Below are positions 23,601 to 36,250 of a DNA stretch of 64,000 bases, piece after piece. Source of the DNA: Chara braunii (lineage: Eukaryota > Plantae > Charophyceae); contig BFEA01000020.1 of NCBI GenBank assembly GCA_003427395.1, forward strand, positions 5,770,855 to 5,834,854. Direction: 5' to 3'. Positions within the stretch are counted from its first letter, which is position 1; each line of letters opens with the position of its first letter. Position numbers and translations under genes: made by a program. Under the pieces are notes generated by a model. The model was not told the DNA's origin. It searched no databases and worked only from the letters and a program-made list of their open reading frames with translations.

Positions 23601-24814
23601 TCATGAGTGACAACAACCTATTAGTTAGTGTCTTGGCCACCATTTTGTAAGGCACCGGGAGGAGAGTAACGGGTCTGTAGTTTCTGATATCCTCCTTGTA
23701 CCCTTTCTTGTATAGGAGTGTGGTGACGCCCTGCCCAATCATACCCTCAAATATTTCTTCCTTCTGTACCGCCCTGATCTAGTCCATAAGATCAGCCTGG
23801 AAGAGATCCCAAAACCGCACCCAAAACTCATTTGGGAATGAGTCTATGTCAGGGGTCTTTTCATCTTCCATACCCTGAAGGACCTCCCAAACGTCTTGGG
23901 CGGAGAGGGGCTTATCCAACTCACTTTTTTGATCAGTTGTCAGGCGTGAGTGGACAACTTCCAGCAGCCTTTCCCTTGCACTGAGGACCTCACGGGGGGC
24001 CTAGTTGGGTGTCTGGGATGTGAATAGGTTGCGGTAGTATTGGGCCGCATAATTTGCTATGGTATAGGCATTGGTCGCAGCCTAGGCCGAATTATCAAGC
24101 GGGTGTCTGAGCTTGAGGACTGTGTTTGCCCTCGCCCTGACCTTTGCTTTGTTAAAGAAATATTTCGCCATTGTTCCTTTTGTGTATGACCGCTTGATTT
24201 TTGTCTGCGCCTGTTCTTCGATGTACGCCCGAAGGCGATCTCGTGCTTCTTGGAGCTTCTCAAACGAGGGTTGGTGCTATGGATCGTCCATAAAGTGTTT
24301 ATCCCATTCTTCAAGCTCATGCATGAGGCTATCGAGAATGACTTTGCGGTCTCTTGCACATTGGATAGAGAACGTTTTGGCGCTCTCTCTCAGGTGTGCA
24401 ATGCCTTCATTGAACCAAGATACCATGTGCCCTGATTCTGGTTTTTGGGATTGCCAATAGATCCAGAATGTGTTCACTATTTTTTTAAATCTCATGAGGG
24501 GGAGGAGGGATCTGTTAAATTTGTAGAATCCCAATCCCCTTTGAATATGGGTGTGGAAGGACAATCTCATTCTGTGATCAAAGGCTTTGTAGGGGCTGAT
24601 TGTTGTGATTTCAACCATTGTGACCGAGTTTTTTGAGACCAGGGTGAGGTCTATCCTTGGTTTACCGTACCTCGATCGCCCTTGGGTGTCAAGCATGTGT
24701 AGGCTCTTTGGTTAGGATGCAACAGCCTATAGGCATCTTCGAGTTGCCTATCTGCAATAAATTGTTTGAGCATGAGAACATCCGGTCCCATGGTTAGTAG
24801 GGGAGGGGTCAAAG

Positions 24815-25212
24815 AACGACCATTTCGTCAAAATTGACATATTTTATTTTATGAACGAAATTGAAACTGAGTTTTTTGGTCGAAAACTCGTCAAAATTTG
24901 TTGTTTCTAAGGGTCCAGCATTTTACAAACGCTGGACCCCCTGGTTGTGCATGGACCTAGCTTGAGACCAGGCACCTCCAGGCAGGACTGCCTGGAGGTA
25001 CCTGGTCTCAAGTTAGGTCCATGTACAGCCAGGGGGTCCATCGTTTTACAGGTACCTGGTCTCAAGTTAGGTCCATGTACAGCCAAGGGGTCCAGCGTTT
25101 GTAAAACGTTGGACCCTCAAGAACACCAAAATTTGACGAGCTTTCGGCCAGAAACTCAGTTTCAATTTCGTTCAAAAAAAAAAAAAATGTCCATTTTGAC
25201 GAAATGCCAGTT
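24815..25212. mobile_element. Foldback (palindromic) MITE inserted in the LINE endonuclease region
   Basis: Arms CATTTCGTCAAAATTGACAT...CTCCAGGCAG and CTGCCTGGAG...ATGTCCATTTTGACGAAATG are inverted copies; ~50-bp internal duplication; TSD not resolved. Confidence 0.85.
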
Positions 25213-26494
25213 AAACGATTCGACCGTTGTGGAGTAGACCTACGGTCCATTGCAGGGTCGAGCATGGTATTGAAGTCTCCAGCCAGGATCATTGGGACAT
25301 CATTCGGCAGATGTTCTTGAAAAGAGAGCCACAAGTCCACCCTACTAGTGGGGTCATTCTGAGCATATAGGCTTACTAAATAGAATTCTTCCTGTTCGTA
25401 GGCATCTTTCAAACAAACCCATCTCCCTTGTTGACCATCGTATTCCATGTGCAGCAGTCCGAGCTTTGAGGAGGGCAGCAACCAGATTGCGACCCCCGTC
25501 GATGCCCTTGCCCTTGCCGGTGTTGAGAAGCTCGCATAGGGCTAGATGGACTTCGCCTTTGCAATGTGTTGTGGGATATCATGAAGATGGGTCTCTTGAA
25601 CACACAACGCATCCGGTAATGCACCAAAGCTCGGGTATTTAATCATGTTCCAAATGACACCCTTCTTGTCTGTTGAGGCCTGAATGAGGTCATGAATGTT
25701 AAGTGATCGTATATCTATGTCAGCTCGGGCCAATTTTGTTGCCCACAGGGGCCAGGATCATAACATTGGTATTAGAACGGATTATTCTGCTGGCGGGAGT
25801 TAACTTCGCCGCCCCAACCCTAACCTAAGTGGAGGGCTACCACTTAGGGTTAGGGCTGGAAGCTGAGGGAAGTGGGGCAGCGTAGTAAAGGGGAGCTGCC
25901 CCCACCTGGTTAGGTCGTGTAACTCGTGTTGGGTCGACACTGGACCTGACCAGGTTGATGGAGAGTAAGTTTGGAGTGGCGAGACACTTCGAGAAGACTT
26001 CATGCTACAATTTGGGAGAGGCAACAGTGAGAGGCACGTGCACCTGGAATCTGATTCAAGGGAGACACTTGGCGACTTTAGGGCTTCCCTCAAGTAGGCA
26101 AGCTTGAGGGAAAGCAACCATTCTGCATCTATAGGCAGCAAGTTGCTATTTTCTTCTTCAACATCGGTAGGGGATCCAGCTTTGCACTTTGGTGTTGGAG
26201 TCAGACCCTCCTAGTAGATAGGACACTAGTGTAGGGGTTGCGTTAAATGGATCAGGAGGACCATATGAGAGGGGGGTGAGTTTTATTCATCTCGAAGCTC
26301 AAGCCACTCAGGTAAGTGTCGTGCACCAACGGGATGCCCATGTATGTGTGTGTATGGTATTGATTGTCCTGATGGGGTTGTTCTGGGTTTCTTTTTTTGC
26401 TCCTTTGTGGTCTTGATTGTGTGTATGGGTATACAAACTACTTTCTCACCTAATGGATGAAGAGATGAGGTATTTTGCTTTGGACGCCATATCT

Positions 26495-28775
26495 TTTTAC
26501 AATGCATTATCTTTTTGTCTCTTAACAAATGTAGACTGTAGGTTCTCTCTATAGATTAAATTCGTTATCCAGTTCGGTAGAGGTAAAAAGTAGGTCCATG
26601 TGGAACTCTTTGTAGTTGGGACTTGGTCACACCCTCCTTGGGACCTTTTAGGTACCCAGTGGGACCAGGCCCAAGCAAGAAGGGCCCTTTGAGCCCAAAT
26701 CTGTTTGACGTCAAATCATTCTCTCTCTCTTTGGGACGCAAGTTTTATTCTTTGGTTAGAGCACTCGCTCCCGAGGGGATCTCGACTAAGATGTTTTGTA
26801 TACTTTTACCACAAAGTCCGTGGTTTGACTCGCACCTTATACACCACTTAATTCTTCATTATTGCATGTCGTTACTCGTTATCTGAATTTGTTGTATGCC
26901 CACGAAACTGATCAGATTGGACTCCAGGGGATCTCATATTCGGTCTCATCATGCTGAGAAGATAGATCAAAACTCTCATCTGAATTTGTTGTATGCCCAC
27001 GAAATTGTTTGCTCTCGAGTCCAAATGTAATGCCGCTTCGACTAGGAGTTCTACCTTATTCTTTTTTTTTAAGAAAAATGAAAGATTTTATTATACGTTG
27101 CGAAACAAACACAGCGCCCCCCACATCATTAGCCACAACCTGAGGGGATGAGTCAGGCTCTACGGTCGGCCTTAACCCCAACCGTAGAAGAGAAATTGAT
27201 ATTGGCCGGCTCTAAGTCCTTCTCATCATCCAATCATCCCTCTGTGAACTTGTTACAATGGATACACTTCTTCCTTCTTTATCTAACAATCAACTAATAA
27301 TCAACTAACAATCAATTGGTCAAAACAATGATGTAAAACCAGGTACAACTATGTACTGCTCTCTACAGCAATCAACGCATAACTACAACTATGAACCACT
27401 ACGAAGACCTGTGAAGAACTGTGGAGGACTACAAATGACTATCTACTTTTATCTACTTTTATCTATGTGAGTTATCTACCAGCACTCAAACCTAACTGTC
27501 TATGATTGTCCATGACTGTCCATGACGTGTTCATGACCCGCCCTGCAATCAAGATCTGCGACCTGGACGCACTCAATAATTCCTTGCATCATAGGAGTGG
27601 CTGCATCTTGAAATCCGTATTGCCAAGGCTATGCAACGTCAAATCTTTCTACAATGCATTATTTTTTTGTCTCTTAACAAATGTAGACTGTAGGTTCTCT
27701 CTAAAGATTAAATTCGTTATCCAGTTCGGTAGAGGTAAAAAGTAGATTCATGTGGGACTCTTTTTGGTTGGGACTTGGTCACAGCCTCCTTGGGACCTTT
27801 TAGGTACCCAGTGGGACCAGGCCCAAGCAAGAAGGGCCCTTTGGGCCCAAATCTGTTTGACGTCAAATCATTCTCTCTCTGTTTAGGACGCAAGTTTTAT
27901 TCTTTGGTTATAGCACTCTCTCCTGAGGGGATCTCGACTAAGATGTTTTGTATACTTTTACCGCAAAGTCTGTGGTTTGACTCGCACCTTATACAACACT
28001 TAATTCTTCATTATTGCATGTCGTTACTCGTTATCTGAATTTGTTGTATACCCACGAAACTGATCAGATTGGACTCCAGGGGATCTCATATTCGGTCTCA
28101 TCATGCTGATCATCTAAATTATTTTTTTATATTTTTTAATTGCTTGCTCTCGAGTCCAAATGTAATGCCGCTCCGACTAGGAGTTCTACCTTATTCTTTT
28201 TTTTTAAAGAAAAACGGAAGATTTTATTATACGCTGCGAAACGGACACAGTGCCCCCCACATCATTAATCACAACCTGAGGGGATTAGTCAGGCTCTACG
28301 GTCGGCCTTTCCCCAACCGTAGAAGGTAAATTGATATTGGCTGGCTCTATGTCTTTCTCATCATCCAATCATCCCTCTGTGAACTTGTTACAGTGGATAC
28401 ACTTCTTCCTTCTTCATCTAACAATCAACTAATAAGCAACTAACAATCAATTGGTCAAAACAATGATGTAAAACCAGGCACAACTATGTACTACTCTCTA
28501 CAGCAATCAGCGCATAATTACAACTATGAACCACTACGAAGACCTGTGAAGAACTGTGGAGGCCTACAAATGACTATCTACTTTTATCTACTTTTACCTA
28601 TGTGAGTTATCTACCAGCACTCAAACCTAACTGTCTATGATTGTCCACGACTGTCCATGACTTGTTCATGACCCGCCCTGCAATCAAGATCTGTGACCTG
28701 GGCGCACTCAATAATTCCTTGCATCATAGGAGTGGCTGCATCTTGAAATCCGTATTGTCAAGGCTCTGCAACGTC
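26495..28775. repeat. ~1.15-kb tandem segmental duplication including a family A LINE 3'UTR (minus strand)
   Basis: ORFs 26623-26886 and 27775-28038 are near-identical; 27060-27510 and 28195-28660 are the reverse complement of ~2560-3000. Confidence 0.9.
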
Positions 28776-30091
28776 CATAGTTCCATAACTCTTTCAACAA
28801 TGTTGTATCAATATCACATACCATTCACAGCTATCTGCAGCCTTGTATATGTAATCATGTAATCATAACAATCATAAGAAAAAGGCAGTGAATTTCAGTT
28901 TTGGCCGTTTCCCTTCCTCATGGGCTATTGACGACAAGCCCGAGAAAACCTCCCCAGTGACTAACAAACAGCTTGAGTGATTTAGCAGGGTAATATCCTT
29001 TCTTTTGAATTTTGTATTCCCAATCTGCGAGAGTCGCCTGCTTTATGCCATATTTGACTTCTGCTCTCACCATTGGAGGTGTCAAATGCTCTGCCCTTCT
29101 CACCGCAGAGTTTCTCCGTGTCCATAAAGTCCACATAATCGCCCCTCTGATTGTCTCTTCTGCACAATACAGCTGACTGCCGTGACGTGTCGATCGGGCC
29201 CCTGTTCCCATAAGGACAAACTGGTCTGTCCATCTTGTGTGAGCTACCACGACAGGCACCGATCCTCCCCTCCACCAATCCCAAAAAGGTCGGGAGAGGT
29301 CGCAAAGGAGAGCAAAGTGGTGAATGTCTTATATCCTCGTCCCCGGGACATAACTCGCCACCGGGGGTTGCTTTGGATGTATGCCTGGAACACCATGCTG
29401 CAACTGGGAGAGACACGTGCATCATCAGCCACAACAGGCTCACATGTTTCACTACTGCTAAATCCATCAATTGTTTCCAAAACATAGGCAGCGCTTCGAC
29501 AATTATGAGCAATGAATCTTGTATCCAATTAGTTGTCATCCATCTGTTCGACACTCTCGAATCGATTTCCAGTTCTGGCATAGATAATTGGTAACCCAAT
29601 ATGGTGGAATACTAATACACAGTAACACAGATACAATTTTTAATGCCTCTGTTTGGGGTTCTCCCATCCCCAACTCCTGGGATCCACAGACAGTAGGTAG
29701 GCCGGGTAAGAAAAGCAGTAGGGTCTATAGCCGTCTGGTACTGCAGCACAACACACACAAAAAGCGATCTGCAATGAGGGGGATAGGCAACTGTTGCGGA
29801 GCCAAGGTGAGTTTTTCCCCTATTGACATCCATCCGCCTCGGGTCGTCCAACAGGAGAACTGGATGTTGGTCACCGAAGAATAGTCTTCCATTTTCCAAA
29901 CCACAATCGGTTCATGGTCCTGGCCTCTTTTTTACCATGTCTCTTTCTCAAATGTCAAGCCTTTAAACCGCCAGTACTTGGCCCAGCTATCAAGTCTGAG
30001 CCTCCAGCGACCGGTATGTCGAGCCTGCCAAGCCTGGCAGTACCAGTAGCTGGAAGGGCCGAGGCTGGGGGGACCAGTTGGAAAACAAAAA

Positions 30092-30123
<32 letters not shown>

Positions 30124-30529
30124 AAACGCTGTGGATGTGAATGCAGTTGAAAAAGAAGAAAAAAAATGCAGTTGGATGCATTCTCCTGAGTGCTAATGTG
30201 AGCACGTCCCAGTTTGGGTGTATCAGCCACGTGGCGTTTCTGTCAGAATCCAAAAGTAAAATAAGGAAAAAAAAACAAAGAAATGAATCTCAAAGAAGGA
30301 AAAAAAAACGAAACATGAATTTGCCCCTGAAATTAGTTAGATACATTTGGTCTGCCTGCAAGTGTGAGTATGCCCTCAAGGAGGGCTTTTCAGTAGATCA
30401 CTGGATTTTTTTTTATTTTTTTTTTTTGGGGGGGGGGGGAGATCACGGGATATGCCCTGCCTCGCTGGCAGGGGAATCTAAGAAAAATGAAAAAAAAAAC
30501 AAAAGCAGAAAAAATAGACCCTGCAAGAG

Positions 30530-32260
30530 GGGGATTGGGTATCTGGCTTCGACAATAACAATCAAGTGATCTTAGGCCAGATGGTGTGCACTCATCCTCA
30601 GGGAGCATTAGTTAATATATTGGAACTACAAAGGGATTTTTCCCTCTCCATATATGATATAGATAGGGTGAAACTTCTACCTTACAATGCTCTCTACAGG
30701 ATTAGAGTCTTATTAACTCCCTCTGATTCAAAATGGTGTGTCTACTTCCCTGAATTACCGATAGCAGAACTCCCTATGGATCTGGCACACGTGGGCAAGC
30801 AATGATGCACAATCTACCATTGGAGAGATGAAAACTTGGCTGGTCTTCCTTTAAATTTTTGGAACCAGCGCAAGGCTCTAAGTTGGTCCATACTAATATA
30901 ATAATATTTAGATGTTTTGCTCATCGGTCCTGCGTAATTGTCATTACATCAACCTTGGGTCTCAGCAAACGATATGTAGCTTTGACTGTGAGTGATTGTA
31001 ATGTCCTCATTTTACCATGTTGGCTTATCTTCCAGCACCATTCCCCTGGATCCGAGAGACGGTTAACAGGGGCCCAAATATTCGCCGTTTTCGTTGGCAA
31101 TTGCGGTGCGAATTTCATCAAAAATTTAAAATTTTCAAAACAAACGATATGAGACCATAGTGCAACCATCGAAAAAGGAAACAGGCCAAAAAAAACGAAA
31201 AAAAAAACAAAAAAAACACTATGAAACCCTAACACAAAGACACTGTCCGAGTCAAAATGAAGCGTCCAACGAATTCAACAAAATGCCAACTTTTTCATTA
31301 TTGATCCAAAAAAAAACAAAAAAACACTAACGACTGGCTGATAGACCATACAACTTTAGAGCAAAGCGGGCTTGCATCCCCTTGGTGCCAGTTCTGCCTC
31401 TTGTGATTCCCCTCACGAAAATATAGGGAAACCGTAGAGCACATATTTACACAGTGCCCAGGTTCTATTCTGTTGTGGAGAAGATGGGATTGCGCTTGGA
31501 AACACTAATCCGGCATTGGAGTCCCTCTACCCTATCACTATCTACTTTCCAATATAACCTTTTTCATCTAGGAAGGAAAGCGGTACTTTGGTCCTTATGG
31601 CACAAAAGATGTGTGCATGTTATGGAAGAAGTAAGGCTTGAAGGGACAGAACTCACGGACATTGTCAAGCAATTTGTGGAAACAGAAATCCGAGTTCGCT
31701 GGACTAACACCAAGAGTACGCTCAAAACTTCTCATCAGAAATCAGACATTAAAAAAATTCTCTCACAATTTCAAATGGACTGGCTTGGGGAGTCAGAGGG
31801 CACGAACATTGGGAAAGCGGAATGGGCTGGTGAAGAGGTTTTGGAAATGCCACTCGATCGAGATTACAAACTGGTGTTCAATCGCTGGTGGGATTTGGGG
31901 CCGGATGATATATTAAAAGATGCTGCTGATTTTCCCGAATTCTTCCCTCCTTCGGAACTGGAGTTGGTAGATCTTAAGTGGTTTGGCAGAGAGGAGGAAT
32001 AACAGTGCAAGTAGACTACAAATTGATAATCATTTGCTGATGGATTTGCTAGTAAGTTAACAATGGATCAGGCGGTTCTCATAGAACTGAAGAGGCAGAC
32101 CTCTACTCATTGGTTCCATGATTTATTATTTATGTTCTTAAAGTAAACAGAGGACTCGTTGATCTAGGGACGCCGGACCCGATTTCCAGCAGGTGATGCT
32201 CCCCACCAAAAGGTGGCATCTGAATTAGTAACCCAGCCGAAAAGGGAGGGAGGGCTGTCG
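30530..32260 (+). mobile_element. LINE 3' fragment (family B-related) with an internal inversion
   Basis: YRIRVLL..ELPMD (+), DPGEW..VKATYRLLRP..HCLPT (-), NDWLIDHT..RDYKLVFNRW..DFPEFFPP (+); 3' motif at 32167. Confidence 0.8.
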
Positions 32261-32284
32261 ATAATAGATTCTCAATATCAGATT

Positions 32285-34065
32285 GGGGCCTTTTTGTCAA
32301 GATGGCTGCCCTGGGCAATTTTGGCAGGGCCTATTATACCCTGGAGACGGTTAGCAGAATACAAGCTGTTGACAGGTTGAGAATGGGCGACTGTGTGTTG
32401 ACTCTGGATAGCGGCACTGACCCCCGAGTATCTCTGCAAAAAACTGCCCCACGGGATTTGGGCAGGGAGCATACGTGCATGGCGACGCTGCTGCCCTCCT
32501 CTACTCCCCCCCCCCCCCCCGGCTTGTTGTTGATCGTATTTTGACTCAGCCCTTGCTTAACAATCCCGGTATACTTGATCCTCAAGGCTGTCCCTTTCGG
32601 TGCTTCGGACCGGGAGCCTTTGGCAATGCTTGGATGTCCAGGGGCATTGGAACTTCTTTTTTTTTTTTTTTTTTTTTTTTTTTTGAATGCGTGGATGTCC
32701 AGGGGGATTGGAACTGTTTCAGACATTTGGGACAACTGGCTGAGAGATTGGAAGCCTCTGCAGGCCCTGGCTCTGGTATTGTCAGGACTTGGCATCGAGC
32801 CCGACACTTGCAGGATCTGCAGAAAGCAATGCCTCGAGTGTGGTATGAAACTTCGATGCTTAGACCGCTTGTTGTGACTGGGGATGGTACAAGAATTCGC
32901 TGGACAGGGAGCCGTCTCACATCTGGCGATTGGAGTTCAGGATTGATGACGGAGATGTTCAGGCGACCTCTTGGAATGCATTGTCTTGTGCTTCTTCGCT
33001 GGGACCTCGGTTGGCCTTGACTGTGGACCCGAATTGGATTGTGGCCAAGCGTTGGGCGGCCTCTTCCCAAGTTCTGGAAACTCCTATGGACTTGGCGGTT
33101 GTTAAACCACCAGTACTTGGCCCAACTATCGGCCGCGGAAAAAAATAGAGTAGAAACGTTTCTAGTTGGATGAATTTGGGCGCTCCTGTAGTGGCCCGTA
33201 CGTTTCCTAAAATCGTGGCTCGTTAACGGGCACGACTTTAGGACGTACTGGCGGTTGTTAAGCACACGAGCGTGTTGTGGCTCATTGCTCACATGGTGCT
33301 CCCCCCGGCGTCCTGGTGTGCTGTGAGAACTTCCAAAGCTTCTCCGCCCTGTAAATTGTGTGCAGGTACCAGAATAAAGGACCTGCAGCACCTTTTGTTG
33401 CAGTGTGAGAGCTCACAACCATTTTGGGGCTGCTGGCAATCTGGCTCGGTTCCTATAATTCAGCCTGCTTCGAGATGGACGGATGCCTTCATCCTGCTGG
33501 GAACATCAGTGCGTTTCAGCAGGGTGACTTGTCAGTCTCCTACGCTGAGGAGAGCCTGAGGGCTGCAGTGCTTTGGTCCCTCTGGTCACTGAGGAACTCC
33601 ACGGTCAGATGGGGGCCTGGGAGAGATTGACGCCTCTGATGGTAAGAGCAGAGACTAAGTTTGTCATCAAACAGACTATTTCTGCGGAATGGGCTGTTCT
33701 TCAACGGCTCAGAGAAAGTTTCATCAGCACTGGGGCCGGTTCCCGGATTTGGTGTCAATACATTCAGAAGCTGGATCGACACCAAGACTACGTTTTCCCT
33801 CCTCCTTCCTCTGATGTGCAATATGCTGTGCAACACTTGTGCAAAACTTGTGTACGGGAATGCCTGTTGTAATTGGTGCATAGTATAGTAGAATGTGATG
33901 TGGATATTCTGCAATATTCTACAATACTTGCTTTTTTCTGAGGTCATTGTGACTTCCCCTCTGGGTTCGGCCGGTGATGCCGTCCCATTGGGGGAGCACA
34001 ACAACATTGTTAAGGGACGCCGGGCCCGGTTCCCAGCTTGTACTTCTAATAAAGATTTTACGGTT

Positions 34066-34098
<33 letters not shown>
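32285..34098 (+). mobile_element. 5'-truncated LINE related to family A
   Basis: IGAFLSRWLPW, DRILTQPLLNNP, LWLIAHMVLP..CKLC..DLQHLLLQC; AATAAA and poly(A) at 34067-34098. Confidence 0.85.
33102..33261. mobile_element. TTAA-flanked MITE inserted in a LINE ORF2
   Basis: Reverse complement of 51353-51510; removal restores codons MDLAVVKHTS. Confidence 0.85.
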
Positions 34099-34103
<5 letters not shown>

Positions 34104-36100
34104 AGACGTGACCACGACCCCGCCCAATTTAGAAAGTAGTTCCATTTTCATTTTTTTTTGGTTCTTTCTTTTCTACGTCGCAATTCTCAGCGACCGGCCG
34201 TTCATGTGAACGACCACCCTCATATGCGGCACGTTAACGGGACACGCCTGCGGCCCATAGCTGGGCCAAGTACTGGTGGTTTAACCAACCAACGTTTCCA
34301 CCCAATCCTTTTTTTTTTTTTTTTTTTTTCTGAAGGGAACTGCCTTTTGAAGTTGAATAAAATGCTCCCTGTGGTGCCACAGGACGCCAAGCCTGAGAGC
34401 TGGGGCCAGCTCAGAAAAGGGTTTCCAGTCCTCATTTTGTTCATCCCAAATATTGACAAGGGTTCCTAGTATGCCCCGCAACGTCAACGCATCACCGAAC
34501 GGCCCTGGTCCAAAACAAGCATTAATTCTGTCGTCCTGTGAAAGGATACAGGGCTTTTTTGAGGCTGTGTCAAGATCTCGTCCATAACCAACGGCAGTTC
34601 CGACAAATGAGGAACTACCGGGCGTCAGGTTTTAATTATACCAGCCCAAATCCTTTCCCCCATTCTTTTCCTCAGATAAGCAGGGGGGGGAAATTGAAAG
34701 CCATGAATGTTTAACACTGTTCCAATTCCTGTGCGCAGCATACATCTCAAATTCTGCTAACTGCCTCCAAGCTGCCAACGGACCTGCCACCACTACCCAC
34801 GGGACCCACCAGGCCAGCAACGCTGCTACTTGCCTCTCCGGATCTATCAGCGCCAGGCTCACCATTCCTTTTGGTTTGAGTGATCGCCTCCCATGCGACT
34901 TTCAGTAGGAAGTTGTCGTCATTCATTTCTTCGTTCCACAAGTAATGAGTCAGCAGATTGCGTATTGTTCCAAGGGAGGCGTCCTCCAAGTGCAAAATGC
35001 TCTATTATACCAGATGTAGATAAAGCAGAGAGTTATTTATGACTAGCACATGGCCAAACAAATTAACTTCTTTATAGAACGAGGTAACACCTCGTAACAG
35101 GGGGTGCAGCAAGAGCGGGGTCTGGGCGCGGCGCTACCGGGAGCGCTGCGCCCCTGCGCTGGAGCATTCCACACGACACGGGCGAAGCGGCTGGCATGGC
35201 GATGGCGGACGAGATTGTGAGGGCGCGACGCGGGATCTACTGGAGAGCGTGGGCGACATGGGGGGCGAGAGAAGGGTATGACACTATACAGAAGAGCTGG
35301 CGACGAGGTAGATGGTGGGCTATGGTGGCGTGCGGTAGGAGATGGGGTGTTGGGTATAGATGGGCAGGAGGTCGCCATCCTACTTCATGAGGTGGAGCCC
35401 CTCCCCTGTGACAGTTAGAACTAACCCAAAAAAAAAAAAAAAAAGAGGACAAAATAAAGGGAAAAAAAGCAGAAAAAAAGGGGAATGACGAAAAAGCTAC
35501 AGGAGAATGAAAGAGTATGAACAAGAGGGTAAAAACGACTGTTTCGAGGGGACTGCGTGAAAGAGTGCATTAGCGGTGTGACAACGATAGTGGCGGTGGC
35601 GGGCCCTGTACCATTCTATTTTTGGCACTGGGCACAGGGCCATACTAAAAAGACATTTCTTAGGAAAAAAAAAAGAAAAAAGAATGGAATGCTTTTTTTA
35701 GCCTTTGTTTGGGCTACTAGTAGCAGTAGTTGGCCGCTTCCACATCTACCGACTTTGTACTGAAAAAAGGGACAACAAGAAACAAAAAAGGATGAAGCTA
35801 AAGGACTACTGCATTCGCATGGTTTTTTTTTTTTTTTTTTTTTTTCATAAAGAAGGATTAATCGCCATGAGCGNNNNNNNNNNNNNNNNNNNNNNNNNNN
35901 NNNNNNNNNNNNNNNNNNNNNNNNNNNNNNNNNNNNNNNNNNNNNNNNNNNNNNNNNNNNNNNNNNNNNNNNNNNNNNNNNNNNNNNNNNNNNNNNNNNN
36001 CACCAACCACAAAAACAAAAAAAAAACAAAAAAAAAACGGCTCAACAAATCAGATATATAATATTACTCACACTACTTTTTTTCTCTTTTTTCTTTTTTT

Positions 36101-36240
36101 TTAAACCACCAGTACTTGGGCACTGCGCGCCATGCCGGCCGCCCAAATCTCGAAGCAGCGCGGGCTGTCGATTCGATTTATCGACAGCCCGCCGGCCGCG
36201 GAAATAACGCTAAGGCGTCGCCCAAATACTGGTGGTTTAA
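36101..36240. mobile_element. TTAA-flanked MITE with the same termini but a different interior
   Basis: TTAA-ACCACCAGTACTTGGGC ... GCCCAAATACTGGTGGT-TTAA; internal 13-bp hairpin GCGGGCTGTCGAT/ATCGACAGCCCGC. Confidence 0.85.
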
Positions 36241-36250
36241 TAAGAAAAGT

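Larger units (their letters stand above)
19913..26270 (-). mobile_element. Decayed L1/Tx1-like LINE: probable ORF1 C-terminus, ORF2 with APE/RT/zf-RVT, 3'UTR, poly(A)
   Basis: IRSLNIHDL, CVQETH, ILAGDFN, PRIDL, FDH; NYRPVTLL, IDFEKAYDHV, SVRQGDPIYPLLF, LFADD; CTYC..TLEHYLLVC; T-tract 19913-19932. Confidence 0.92.
29967..34280. mobile_element. Non-autonomous TIR element with TTAA TSD, containing nested LINE fragments
   Basis: 24-bp TIRs ACCRCCAGTACTTGGCCCAGCTAT; TTAA at 29963-29966 and 34281-34284. Confidence 0.85.
28195..35085 (-). mobile_element. 5'-truncated family A LINE split by a 4.3-kb TTAA-flanked insertion
   Basis: 28918-29962 and 34285-35085 are colinear with 478-2415; the rejoined junction TTGGTTGG-TTAA-AGGCTTGAC matches TTGGTTGG-TGAA-AGGCCTGAT at ~1376-1397. 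Confidence 0.9.

Noticed and set aside
25750-25759. GGCCAGGATC as the TSD partner of 19903-19912
   Set aside because: An ORF1-like frame (VMILAPVGNK) runs across it and LINE-like sequence appears to continue upstream. It may be chance; unresolved.
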